Below are positions 42,115 through 54,585 of a stretch of 64,000 nucleotides of DNA, one piece after another; the stretch's first letter is position 1, and every line of letters begins with the position of its first letter. The position numbers were made by a program, and so were the translations under genes. The DNA is from Podarcis tiliguerta (taxonomy: Eukaryota): assembly GCA_965153285.1 (NCBI GenBank), contig OZ229111.1; one strand, written 5' to 3'. The notes under the pieces were generated by a model. The model worked only from the letters and a program-made list of their open reading frames with translations. It searched no databases and was not told where the DNA came from.

Positions 42115-42349
42115 CTGCTCCTCCACATGTAGCTGCTGGGTGACCTTGGGCTAGTCACACTTCTTTGAAGTCTCTCAGTCTCACTCACCTCAGAGAGTGT
42201 TTGTTGTGGGGGAGGAAGGGAAAGGAGAATGTTAGCTGGTTTGAGGCTCTTTAGGGTAGTGGTAAAGTGGGATATCAAATCCAAAACTCCTCCTCCCCCT
42301 CTTCTTCTTCTTCTCCTCCTCCTCCTCCTCCTCCTCCTCCTCCTCCTCT
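42115..42349 (+). mobile_element. 5'-truncated copy of the same SINE, with a mixed (CTT)/(CCT)n tail
   Basis: Closely matches 2755-2925 (GCTCCTCCACATG...GGGATATCAAATCCAAAACT). Confidence 0.85.
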
Positions 42350-45300
42350 CCTTGGCTAATTCTTTACTTGCTCCTTTCACTGTTAAAATACAATAGGGTG
42401 ATATCCAGCAGTGCCATCCAGTTGCAGAATGGACTTCTGGTTGTGCATTGGGACTTCCCTTCCTTTACTCCTTCCTACACCTCCCATGTGTCCAGTGGTT
42501 CTGCTTCAGAAGGTTGGAGGACCCCCTGGAGCAGATTTGGTGGCAGAGGTAGGAATGGAAAGAGAATTCCTTTCATGCAGTATTGAGTATCGCTCATTGG
42601 CTCTCTCCTACAAATTGATTTGCATCATAGTTTTTAGGTGGTGGCCTTTGATATCCATACTCTTTAGTGCTCTTTAGCCACACACTGCTTTTCAGAATTG
42701 CAGCCCCAAGTAAATCCCATTGGTGTGCTTCCTAAGTGTTTGCTGTAAATATCCAAATGTTTCAATTATATTCTGTATCTGTGTTGCACCTTTAAGCATG
42801 TTTTGCTGAATGTGCATCTAGTTACTTCAGTGCTACGCCAGTGTTATACTAGAGGATGTTTTCCCCAAGGTTCTTAACATGTTTTAAAAGTTTCTTATCT
42901 ATTTCATTAACTCCATTCTTTAAAAAGGCTTGCATGTTTTCTGAAGCATCTGTTTTCCTTGTACATCATACTTCCTGTTCGTGCCTTTCATTGCTCTGTG
43001 TCGCCTGTTACACGTTGTTCCCCTTTCTGTACCCTCTCCTGTTGTGCTTCTGTATCCTCTTATTGGTCTTCTAAACACTGCTTTCCATCCTGTTTCTGGT
43101 TCAAAGAATGGCTGCTCACTTCCTCTTCTGCAGCCATTCTTATTCCATAAACTTGGTGCATTGTTTCTCTTAACATCTTCTTCACAACTTTTCCATCTTT
43201 GATCTGTGACATCCACAGCTGATGCAATTTTGATTGCAAGCAGAGCAAAAACATGCCTGTGTAAAGGAGAGCAAAAGGTGCCATTGCCTCAGTCGAAAAT
43301 GGCAAGTATGACACTTTTGATTGCAGTAGCTGCAATTTAGATGAGTGAAATCCAGTGTTGCAAGAGTAACTTCCCTGTCCCCTCTTCCTCCCTGCATGTG
43401 ACCCAGATCTGCTCCAAATATTTCCCCAACCCTCCAGAGCAGATTTTAATTGGGGCTTTTTTAGTTTTAATTTCCCACTTCTTTGCTTTTAATCCTGAAC
43501 CTTAATTTTGCGAAAAGTTGTTCATACTTAACTAATTTTATATTTGCTTTGTATATTGAACATCACGTTGTTGGCACCAAATAATGGCCTAGAATTGTTC
43601 CTATGAATAAAACGTGAAGGAATTGGAAGGTCTCTTACCATTCTATGGATTTTTAGAGTTCTATACTGTTCAGCTCCAGGGACAATGGTGCAGGAGATGA
43701 CTCCAAGCAGAAGTGTTATATTATGGTCTACAACATGTTTACCCAGCAGTGAATCCAGATGATTTCAAGCTCCACATGTGTGCAAAGGATTGCATTGCTT
43801 GCTGAATTTGGAATTACTGAATTTAGCTGTTTTTTTTAATTCCTGGAAAAAACAGTGTTTGATGAAAAGTTGAAAAAACAATTAATTTGATGTTACAAGC
43901 ACAAGCTGTTTAGAAGAAGCAAGGAAGCCTCAATGAAGTAGAAGAATCTCTTTAACTTTTTCAAGCAAGCATATGCAACACTTCCTACTATGGTAACAAT
44001 TAACAGATTGTCTACTGTGTTGCAGTTCCTCTTTAACTAAGGTCAGGTGTATTTGACCGTCTTTCTATAAGCACCAAAGAGGCCTATCAACTATAATTGT
44101 AGACTGAGTGCCAAGTTGTTGCGTGTGGTAAAGAAATCAAATTATGAAAACAACCATTGGAAGTTTGGGGAATGCTGTTTAGCATATTGCATCAAATAGG
44201 CAAACCCTAATTCTTTAAGCATGCAAACATTGATGCCCTGAGCTACTAATTAGGTAGCCATAAAGGACTTGGAAAAGAGCCGCTTTGAACAGAGTCTGGC
44301 CTTCTGCCATAGACTAGTGCTGGGTATACTTTTTAAATATTGCATTGGATGCCATAACTGTACACAGAACTCACTGCAGCTAAATAATTGAATTTGCTTG
44401 CAGAATGTTGTTAAAAGATTAGTGTTGTGTTTTAGATCAAACCATCTGTTCTTTCAAAATATACATCATACTGTTCTCATTACACTTTCAAAGGAGTAAT
44501 GGCATTGGTGGTATTTTGAGGCATTCATGGTGTACGCTTTCCGATTTAGGAGATTGGTGCTTTATTGATGAACCTATGAAAACTAATGCACTATACGGCG
44601 ATATTTCCTGAACATCATGGAAGCCCCTATGCTGCTTGGTAGTTAGAAGAGCAGCAAATAATCATAGCAAGGCTGGCCATAAAGTGAGTTAGTAACAACA
44701 GTGAAATGCCTTTAGTATTTCAATCCACGTTGAAATATTCATGTAGCCATTTCATTAATTACGGTATATTCCCTTTGTGGTTAAGTTTGTTCTAACAGCC
44801 TTAACGATTTCCATTTCTCCAAGTCTGCTTCTTAATTTAATGAACTGTGCTTTTGCAGCCTAGCTCTGTATTGAATGATGCAGTCAGTAGTGTGCATTTT
44901 CTTTGAGAGAGAGAGAGACAGACTTGCAGGGGGAAATGCGCTGCTGATCTCTGCGCATGAGCAGTTGGTAATAAGCCCTTACAGGTGTTGACTCTGAAGT
45001 CATGAAAAATTTTGCAGTGAAAGTTTTTTTTACTGTGATGGGGATTATCATGCCTACCATCCTTCAGGTGTGTTAACTGTACCAGATTTATTCCTAGCAT
45101 GTATCTGAGCACTGAAAATAGGTAACGTGTGTGTGTGTGAGAGAGAGGTGTGTGTGTTACCTTGAATCCAAAGGTCCCTGTTAACTCAATATGCCCATGA
45201 ATTGGGCCATCAGTGATGTCAATATTTTCCCTTCCATTGGTACCAGTGAGGAAAAGTAGTAAAGTTAAACAACAACAAAATGTTGGGAGGGAAAAGTCAC

Positions 45301-45606
45301 CCACAGCTCATGGTCAGAGCAAACCAGCAGGACTCTGGATGTAGCTCCAGAGAGGATTTCCCCTCATGTATTCTTAGGATTGCTCTGACCCTCTTGAAAA
45401 GGTGAAGAGCCTAGCTCATGTCCAGTTGCTTCAGAGTAGTTCATTTAGCACATGACTCTCCTCCTGGCTGCCTTTCGTCAAAAATCTTGTGACTCCGGTT
45501 GGAGCTGTATAAACAAACTAGCATAAGATCAAAAGTTAAGGCCGTTAAGTTGACGCTGAAGGAAGTTGCTGGTGTTCCTTCTTTTTGCAGAACAAGGATA
45601 GAAGTA

Positions 45607-45866
45607 CAGTCATACCTGATGTTACGTTTGCTTCATGTTACGTTTTTTCAGGTTGCGTCCTGTGGCGACCTGGAAGTACCGGAAAGGGTTATTTCTGGGT
45701 TTTGCCGCTCGCGCATGTGCAGCAGCGCTAAATTGCGCTTCACGCATACGCACAAGCTCCAAATCACGCCACGCACCTGCGCAGATGCAGCACTTCAGGT
45801 TGCGGGCTTTTTACATTGCGAACGGGCTTCCTGAATGGATCCTGTTTGCAACCAGAGGTACCACTG
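45607..45866 (+). mobile_element. Tigger-like MITE, family D (CpG-rich interior)
   Basis: TA-CAGTCATACC ... AGAGGTACCACTG, with an interior containing GCGCATGTGCAG motifs. Confidence 0.8.
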
Positions 45867-47789
45867 ATGATAAAATAGAGCTTTATATTGCTGCCATTGA
45901 CCCCATTTTATAGATTATCCCCATCTTATGGTCTGGATTTCACTGTTTACCTTGACTGTCATCTAAAGAATTGAGTCTGTCCTGCAGTCTGTATGATTAA
46001 CCCAATGTCTGCATACTTATCATCTCTCAATCCAAGTAATGCAGCTACCAAAAATTACACCAGAGTAAACCAATTGGTCTCCAAGGTTCTTCAACAACCC
46101 TTTTAATCCATTTCCCCTTTGTAATTATAGGTATAGCTTGATTCTTTAGATGCAGAGAAATGAGGAGACAGCGTGGGGGGGGGGGAGGCACCGTAGCTTT
46201 ATTCTATCTTGGGATGGTTCATTCTCACCCTTAAGGTGGACCTTGCTGATGGTGGTAGTCAGTAGCTAGCCAGGAAAAAAATGTATTCTTTATGTATTGT
46301 GTTTAGACAGATAGATTCTAAATTAGGTTCTTTGAACTTGTAACCTTTTGTCCCTACCCCACACCTGCACATAAAGAAAAATACGCAGGAAAAGGAAAAT
46401 CCAGCTCAATGCAATTTCACCCTACAGCTGCTTAAAGGTTTTTCATCGGAAGTGTTTGTTTCTTCTTGGTTTTAAGCTGCTCCATATCAGGAAAGGCTCT
46501 CCCTTCCTTGCTTGTATGGCTAGTTTCCAGGTAATTGTTACATTTGGAGAATGGATGCTGCTTATTACTTTCTGGGGATTTGGGCAGGTTTTGTTTTTTT
46601 TGCACATCTTCATGTTTTCCCCTGCATAAAACTGGCCAGACGGTTTGCAGAAGCTTTGGGAATAGTGAAACAGCAGCTGGCCCAATCTCCTCTGTAGCTG
46701 GAGTCAGCAGTGGAAGAAAACCAACCTTCATTGTCCCTGATAACTGCAAGCACAATATTTAGCAGTGTAGTCCCCCCAAGCTAGTATGTTTGAATTCTGC
46801 CCTCTGTGTAATTAAATGATGAGAAGTCAATATTTTATTACCATTCACAACAGATATAGTATTGAAATTAATGGGGTGGAAATCAGGGTGATAGAGCAAG
46901 CGTTGGAATTGGACCTTGTTCAGATTCATGCTTGTTACATTATTGGGTGGTCCATCAACATATCCCACTTTGCAGGATGGTTGTGAGGATAGCATCAGAT
47001 AACTCCATGTACACCAGCCTAAGTTTTTTGGGTTTTTTTTTGAAGGTGGAGTGACATGCAGATGCGATGGGTAGAATAAGTAATCTCATTGCACAATAAA
47101 AGCAAACAAGATTTGCCATTTAGAATGGGACACTTGGTTAGGTTAATAGAACAATTGCCCTACTTGCTGTTTCACTTTTAAATCGCTTACCAAAGCGCAA
47201 TAAATATTTAATGTAACAAATGAATAATGAGTGAGTCTAGTGCTCCATGGCCATGATTATAAGCAAAGTTGCATTGTAGTCATCTGTAGCACGTTCCATG
47301 CTATGCTCCTGTCTTTCTGTGTTCCTTCTTATTTACAAGCAGTGGGCCTGTTGGTACGGCATGCTGTGTCACTGAGCCTTCCTTTGGCCTGTCCTGCAGA
47401 GTCTTGTCCTTGCTTCCTCATCCTCTGACTTCACTTTTGTAATTTCCTCCCTGGCCTTCCACTATGTCTGCTTTCTCCATATTATTTGATGCTGTTTCCT
47501 GATTAACTCTGGTATCTCAATGAGCCTTCTTTACCCTTGTAAGTGAACCATGTGCCTCTGAGACATTAAAGGACCTGATAAAGGCCCCAGATTGTTCTGC
47601 CCCACCCAACACACACAGTTGCCCAGCTGATACATGAGCTGATGGTTAAGGAATACATGGAAATGTGAGAATTTAATTCCAAGGCCAAGAAGCAACTGTT
47701 GATAAATTAAGTATTTTTTATTCATTTCGTGGAGCTTCTTGCCTGAAATGGGCAGCGAAGGTCCACAACAGAGACTCTCATTTTTCATG

Positions 47790-47925
47790 CTGCAGGGCTA
47801 ATAGCAGATTGGAGGTGGCAGAGGTTGTTAGGCTACGACTCCCACAATCTCTGACCATTGACTGTGCTGCCTGGGACTGATGGAAGTTGGGAGTCCAGCA
47901 ACATCCAGAGAGCCACACGCAGTTC
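47790..47925. mobile_element. Degenerate hAT MITE of the 136-bp type
   Basis: CTACGACTCCCACAATCTCTGACCATTG...GATGGAAGTTGGGAGTCCAGCAACATCCAGAG. Similar relics lie at ~3890-3955, ~19754-19842, ~32590-32725, ~33090-33155 and ~37505-37600. Confidence 0.6.
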
Positions 47926-49115
47926 ACCTTTTCCTTGGCTTAGGAGAAAGGGTTATGCTCGCCCTCCACCAGCACTGTGCTCAGATTCAAAGCCCTCCGC
48001 ACTGGTGCTCTTGATTGAAATTAAAAACACAGAGAGAAATAACTCTGGGTCCCCTGCATCACTTTCACATTGGCATGTTAAAGGCACACTGCCCGTGCTT
48101 GTAGAACCACACATTTCGAGGGCTCGAGTTGCTTATTGCTTCTCCTTTTCTTACACAATTTCTTTAGAGAATTCTGAAAGTGAATTCTTCGGGGCCTGGA
48201 TTGCGAGGGCACAGGTCCCTTGTCAGCTGGGGCTTCTCCTTGCACTTGCAGAGCTGGTCTCACTGTCGTGTCCTGTTAGACATCTGCGTACCCACTGGGC
48301 TGGACGGGCCTTTTCCAGGGGCGGATTTAGGGCAGCACAGCTGGTTCTGCTGCATTGGGCATCACGACTATGAATTGAACAGAAGGGAAGGCAAGAGGTG
48401 GTGTGTGTGTGTGTGTTAGCCTCACACAGGGTGCCACTGAAATCTGAATGACCCATGTCCTCCCCTGCTTTTGCAGGCTCTTCGTATGCTCTCGTGAGAT
48501 GTCCATGCGTCACGAGTGCAGAGCTTCAGCACAGAGCAAGAGGAGTGCCTTCCAGCAGTGGCAGCCTCTTCCAGAATTGCCATGCAGAAAGGAATGTGTC
48601 GTACTGTTGTTCAGTAGCAAAATGTACCAGATAAATTTATTCTAGGCTTCACAGCTGATTAACATAGATGCCTTAAATCGGGGGGGGGGGGGGGCAGACC
48701 ATACTACTCACCAAAACAGTCCTCCCGTGCAAGTCTCAGTGATGCACACTGGAGTTTTCTGCTGCCGACTTTTCCAATCTGCTGATGTCTAATAGAGGCC
48801 CCTACCCAAGCACAGTGTGGCTGATTAAGATGTGAGTGACTTAACGCCTTTGGAATGTTGAGCTTCTCCAGCCTTCCAGTGTTAAAGCAATCTCATGTTG
48901 CATCTCTCTGTGCAGAGCGCATTAGATGCAAAGATGGGGGTGTGAGGGGAGAAGCTGTGACGGCTTGCTTTCCTAGAGGAGGAGGGCAATTGGGGAGTCG
49001 GAGATGAGTGTGTCGAAGCATTAGTACTAGCTGGGAACCTGATTTAGCCCATCTCTGCTCTGGCTTCTGAAACAATATGTTTAATATTTTTAGGCTCACC
49101 AAAACAGAATAATAC

Positions 49116-49210
49116 AATCATAGAACTGTGGAGCTGGAAGGGACTCTGAATGTCATCTACTCCAACCCCTTGCAACGCAGGAGTATGCAGTTGTCCTATA
49201 CAGGGATAGA
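49116..49210 (-). mobile_element. 3' fragment of a CR1-tailed SINE
   Basis: AATCATAGAACTGTGGAGCTGGAAGGGAC...TCATCTACTCCAACCCCTTGCAACGCAGGA is the reverse complement of the same tail. Confidence 0.7.
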
Positions 49211-50008
49211 AGTGGAATAAATACTATTTTTGCCGCAGCATGGTACTAAACCAAGACACCTCTTGTGTTTCAAGAAGTTGAAAAAGTGAACACACACATA
49301 TAAGTTCATGGTGGAGAGGGTGATCTTTCCTACCAATTTGCTTGCTGAAAAACAAGAAAAATACAAATTATGGTAAATCTGCTCTTACTCTTGGAAGCAA
49401 TACTTTTCACTGGTGACAGAGGCTCTGTGATGGAACTCAAGCTCTGGCGCAGCACGTCACAAGTTTCTTTGCATTGATCTCTCCGACAAATGCAGGCAAC
49501 TAACCTTTTCAGTTCATGGGTACCTACATACGACATTCTGTCATTCCTGTTTAGCTATTAGTCTGGATCAGTGGAAGACCATATAGTTGTGCTCTTAGCT
49601 TATAAGATCTTATCACTGACTGCAAAATGTATACAGTATTGAGGACTCTATATAGCATATACCTTTGTATTATTATTATTTTTTTTACAAATAGCCTGAG
49701 TACGGCAACCCTTTCTCTGCCAAGTGAGCCTAAATTCTGTAACTTGCTTAAACCAGTTGGACCAAAGGATACTAGCAAGCCCTTTCATATTCTGCTTTTA
49801 CTAGCTTTAGGGTAGGGCAATGAGAGACATCGTTATGGAAGCACTGGCTGCTGTTGGCATGCTGCACCCCTCCTCATTGACCCCCACCCGAAGTGACCTC
49901 TGATACAACATACTCTGCTGCTTAGTAAGACTGTGTAAAAAATCCTGAAAAAGAAGTCCATGTGTGTCTGGCGCAATAAATTTTCTCTCTTCGTGTACTT
50001 CTTTGAGG

Positions 50009-50054
50009 CTTCTCCTCCTCCTCCTCCTTCTTCTCCTCCTCCTCCTCCTCCTTC
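50009..50054 (+). repeat. Imperfect (CCT)n microsatellite
   Basis: Directly visible. Confidence 0.9.
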
Positions 50055-50414
50055 TGGAAGAGGCCATCTGAAGAAGGGATAATTGGTCATAATTCCAGAT
50101 GCATAAATTGAGTATGCCAGTTTCTCAGGGAAAACTCCAGCAATCTCACTTGCTCACCAAGTAAGCATATGACTGCTTCTGCTGCTGTTAATATTATCTA
50201 TGAATAGTGTTTTCAGTTCAGAGATAAGCAGGTCTAGTCTGTTAGAAGGGTGATAAGGAAATGGTGGCCCTTGAAAAAAGTGCTTGGTTCACATTCAGCC
50301 AACTACAGACAAAAATAGAACCTGGTCTGCAGATTCCTGATTTTGTATGCTATCCAGTGTAGTAATGTTGCCCTCATGGTGAAGTGTAAGAGTGCTGCAT
50401 TAGGAATGTTTGTA

Positions 50415-50662
50415 CAGTGGTACCTCTAGTTGCGGACTTAATCCGTTTCAGGGTGCCTTTTGCACCCTGAAAAGTCCACAACTAGAGTTCCTCTTCCGCG
50501 CATGTGCGTGGCGTGATCGAGCGCTTCTGTGTGTGCATGAAGCGTGCAGATCACTTCTGCGCATGCGCGGGCAGCGAACCCAGAAGTAAAGACTTCCGGG
50601 TTTGCCACGTTCGTAAGCTGAAAGTCCATAAGAAGAGCGGAATGCAACACGAAGTATGACTG
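50415..50662 (-). mobile_element. Tigger-like MITE related to family D, inverted
   Basis: TA-CAGTGGTACCTCT ... GTATGACTG-TA. The ends are the reverse complement of those at 45607-45866. Confidence 0.8.
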
Positions 50663-50904
50663 TATAGTTAGACGTATCAGTCATGTGATAGAATTGCCTT
50701 GTTGGAATATTCATAACTCTTTCAGCAACCCCAGCCTATATTTCTAGGGCTCATTTGCACTTCCAAATCCCTTAGCTAGCGAAAGTGTATGTTTGAGCTG
50801 CCATTTTCTTTGATTTCATCAAGGATTTCAGGATGGTTTCCAGAGCTAGATTTCCAGATGGCTCTGGGGGATTCCCCGGCTGATTTGACAGACTGCAATC
50901 ATCA

Positions 50905-51245
50905 TCCGAGGCCCTTCACCATGTGCCTCAGAGGGTGGCAACATGAGAATATTCCTTTTTCTGTGGTAGCTCCCCCTTTGTGCAATGTTCTCTCCAGGGA
51001 AGCTTGCCTGGTGCCTTCATTAGATAGCTTTAGGTGCCAGATGAAAATGTTCCTCTTCAACCAGACCTTTGGGTTTGGCTGATTAACATTCTATGTCCTT
51101 TAAAATGTGTTTGTGGGATGGGGGGGTTGTTTTTGTTTTTATTACATATTTTGTGTTCTCATTTTGTATTTTTATGTTGTGAATCACTCTGTGATATTCA
51201 GAGAAAGGGCGGTATACAAAGTTAATAATTAAATAACATAAATAA
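50905..51245 (+). mobile_element. L2 LINE 3' end
   Basis: CCTTTTCTGTGGTAGCTCCCC...GCTTGCCTGGTGCC...TTCCTCTTCAACCAGACCTTT, then a T-rich UTR ending AAGGGCGGTATACAAA(TAA)n. Confidence 0.75.
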
Positions 51246-51609
51246 AAACATAAACTTAATAGTTTTGTAAAAACAGCATTTAAACCATAGTTCAAAACAG
51301 CAACAAGTCCAAATTCTAAAAAGTTTCAGAAGTTTTAAAAGGCCTAGCAGAGTTCAACTTTGCTTGTTCTGGTTGCTAGTTTGATCCCTCTGGGATTCCA
51401 AAATAGTCAGAGGAATGCCTCCGAAAACACCCACCCAGTTTTAAAACTCTGGTTTTTGATTTTGATTTGCTGGTTAATCACAACCCACAGTTAATTCAGA
51501 TATCATGCCCCAGACCACAGTTAAGCTTTCTTAACCATGGACTGGCATGATGACTGAATAATTAACCTATGGAATTAATTACCAAAAATAATTGTGTTTG
51601 GCCTGCAGC

Positions 51610-51830
51610 ACAAATGGCTTTTAAAAAGGATTACAGAAGGTTGTGTACAATGGATCTAACCATGGCTATTATATAGCCATGATAAAAAAGAAACCTACAT
51701 GTTCAGAGATACTACTTACTTTGCCAGATGTTAGAGAATTGGGATGATAATCTTCACCATACTCCTTCTGAGCTTGCCAGGGGCATCTGGCTGGTGACTA
51801 ATGGAGATGCAGAATTCTAGGCTAGACATA
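51610..51830 (+). mobile_element. Degenerate CR1 3' end
   Basis: ATGGCTTTTAAAAAGGATTA...GGGGCATCTGGCTGG...GCAGAATTCTAGGCTAGA is the sense version of the CR1 ends above. Confidence 0.55.
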
Positions 51831-54367
51831 TCTTGTTGTAATATCTCTTTATGTATTAAATCTTATTTTGCCAGTCATAACATACTCTGTCCTGATTTTG
51901 CAGCTCTTTTCTTCTCCTCTGTTGTGTGGATGGAGATACTGGAGCTGATCAACGAGGGGCATGCAAGAAATGTCCCAGTGTGGGCAGGAGTATTTTGTTC
52001 AACCCAAACTAATGCAATTTGATTTATAAGGCAAATGAGACTATTTGAAAGGCAAATCAAAACAAAAGCTGCTTATTCAAACTGTGCTGTGGGTTTATTT
52101 TATGCACATGGTCCCTAAAGCAGCAGAATTTGTTAAAACGGTAATAGTTAATTAATTATAGTAGCATCCATAGTCAGCAGGATGATAGAAATTTGCAAAC
52201 AGAGGGAACTGCCCTGAGGAGTTTACAGCCGTATGATTTAGGAAAAAAGCATGAAGCAGTTACTAAGAGTAACTGCAGAATTGTACACACAATAGCTGAT
52301 TTATCCCAGCTGTTTATCATTGACTTGGGTTGCCACTTTGGCTTTAATCCCAGTTTTGTGAGAAGGGCTATAAAGCTACCATGGAATGTAGGAGTTGTGG
52401 GGCTGTTCTGGGGGGCATATGTGTGAGAGTTACTTGGATGAGAATGACACTACTGAGAAGTGGTGCCTCATTTGCAACTGTCATGAATGACAAACTGGTA
52501 GGGCCGGTCCTGGCAGGATCTGCCAGAAGAAGAGGAGGAATGGGAGGAGATTACTGAGCAGGTTGATAGTCTGCTAGGTGACATCCCAGCAGAAGAGGCA
52601 AAGTCCAGCCTGATCCTGAGAGTGAGGTTGCTTTGGCAACCAGGGTGGCGCATAAGCCTGAGTCAGACAGTGGGCTAGCTGAACAGACTCAGGCCCTGAT
52701 ATGCTCCACCGGTTGCACTGGCCATAGCAGACTCAACTTACTCATGGGAGTGCCCACTTGCTTGCCCAAGTCTCATTACTTGGGATGAGAACTATGCAAA
52801 TATGCCTGCCCCAGCCTTTAGAAGGAGAACCAAAGGGATTGTTGCGTGAACAACCTATTGAGAGTGGCACCCAGGCCACAGCAGCCAAGTAGCGGAACTG
52901 CATTGGCCAGCCTCTGAACTATCAGGTATTGGGTGGGCTGGAAGGAGCAGCTTGCAGGGGTGGGAGCCATTATCAGTTGGCCACCCATCTATACAGGAAG
53001 ATACCAAGCTGATCTTGCTGCATTATTTATTTTACAAGATTTGTAGTTTGTTTCTGTTCAAATTATGCTCAAGTCTCATTACAGTATAATGAAATATGCA
53101 CATGTGTGCACACATGCATGCATAAACCCTTGATAGACAGAAGCAAACATTCTTTGAATGGGGCCATAGTGGGCTGTCCTTCAGCTCTGCAGCCTCAGTT
53201 CTAAATCACAGGGGGCAAGGAGTGCTTTTGGACCTTTTTTTTTGGTGGGGGGAGCCTTTTAGTAAGAGGCCGTGAACATCATACCTCTTAGTCTGAACCT
53301 TAACGTACTACGTTGAATTTGAAGTTGCTTTTTATTGGCTCAGATTTTTCACTCTGCTACAAGCGTATCTTTTCCTGCAGTATTGTAGCTGTACCTGTTG
53401 CTTTCACCCTCTGTCGAGTGCGTGCAAAATGAACTAAGAAACTAGAATTGAAGAACAATAATAATGTTTCACTCTGCATGTAATAGAACAGTGTAACGAA
53501 AGATCCCAGTGATAATGAAAGCTGTTTTTGGCCACCACTCGAGAACTTGGAGCCTGCAGTAAATAACAATGTGCAAACATGGATATAAAAATGTGTTACA
53601 GTTGTTGTTGGAACAAGTCATTTGGAAATGGATTCAAGTGGATCCTGTGACACAGTGCCTTCTGATAACCAGAAGTCCATCATTAAAAGTTTAAAGTTAT
53701 TTTAAATTCCTCTCTAGCACAGTTTCCTCTTCGGGATCTATCAGTTGTGCTAGTTAAAAAAAAAAAAAAGCAAGTTTCAAACATTCTGTCCTTGGTTTTC
53801 ATGTGATTATTTTTTTAGCAATATTTTTTTATCTGTATTCTTTCCTCCCGAATTTATTATATACCTCTTCAGGTTTCTCATCATGGCTTGATTGCAAATG
53901 AGATCACTTGGCTAAAAATTGGCTGATGTGCACTTGATCTGCCAGCTGTAAAGAAATCTGACGGTTGTGGGTGCATGGAGTAGTGTAACACAAAACTCTT
54001 ATTTCTCTTTGTAGGTGATATAAGGTAGGTAGGCAAGGGGTCATTCTTTATAACCTTGTGAAAACAGGTTTCCTTCATAATACAAAGAACTATAATAGTT
54101 GAATGCATTATTTCTCAATTGATGCCTTTTTAATAGTAACAGTGTGCAAGCTTGGACTCTAGTTTGGTTTTAAAAAGGTGGATTTGGTGTGTGCATTCAT
54201 GTTTTAGTGGGTGATGGATTTTATATGATATAACATTCCAAATGTTATTTTTTCATTCTGTCACTCTATTCAGAAAACCCACCACAGCTGGAAACAGTGT
54301 CTCAAACTTGAAGGATGGGGAAATGTGCAGTGGGTTTGCATCCAGATACCCATCTCCATTTCTGGAT

Positions 54368-54585
54368 AGAAAGCTAGTGTGGTGTAGTGGTTAAAATTTT
54401 AGACTAGGGCCTGGGAGACCAGGGTTCTAGCCTCTACTTGACCATGAGGCTCACTGGGTGACCAATCACATTCTCTCTGCTTAACGTACCTCATAGGGTT
54501 GTTGTGAGGATAAAATGGAGGGGGGGAAACTGTGTACCCCAGGTTGAGCTCCTCAGAGGAAGGATGGGATATAAATGTAATCATA
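54368..54585 (+). mobile_element. Older tRNA/CORE SINE (Squam3A/MIR-like)
   Basis: GCTAGTGTGGTGTAGTGGTTA head, CTGGGTGACC, CCTCATAGGGTTGTTGTGAGGATAAAATGG core, and GGATATAAATGTAAT end. Confidence 0.8.

Noticed and set aside
44565-44612. C/D box snoRNA (TGATGA...CTGA)
   Set aside because: Only ~46 nt between the boxes and no convincing terminal stem.
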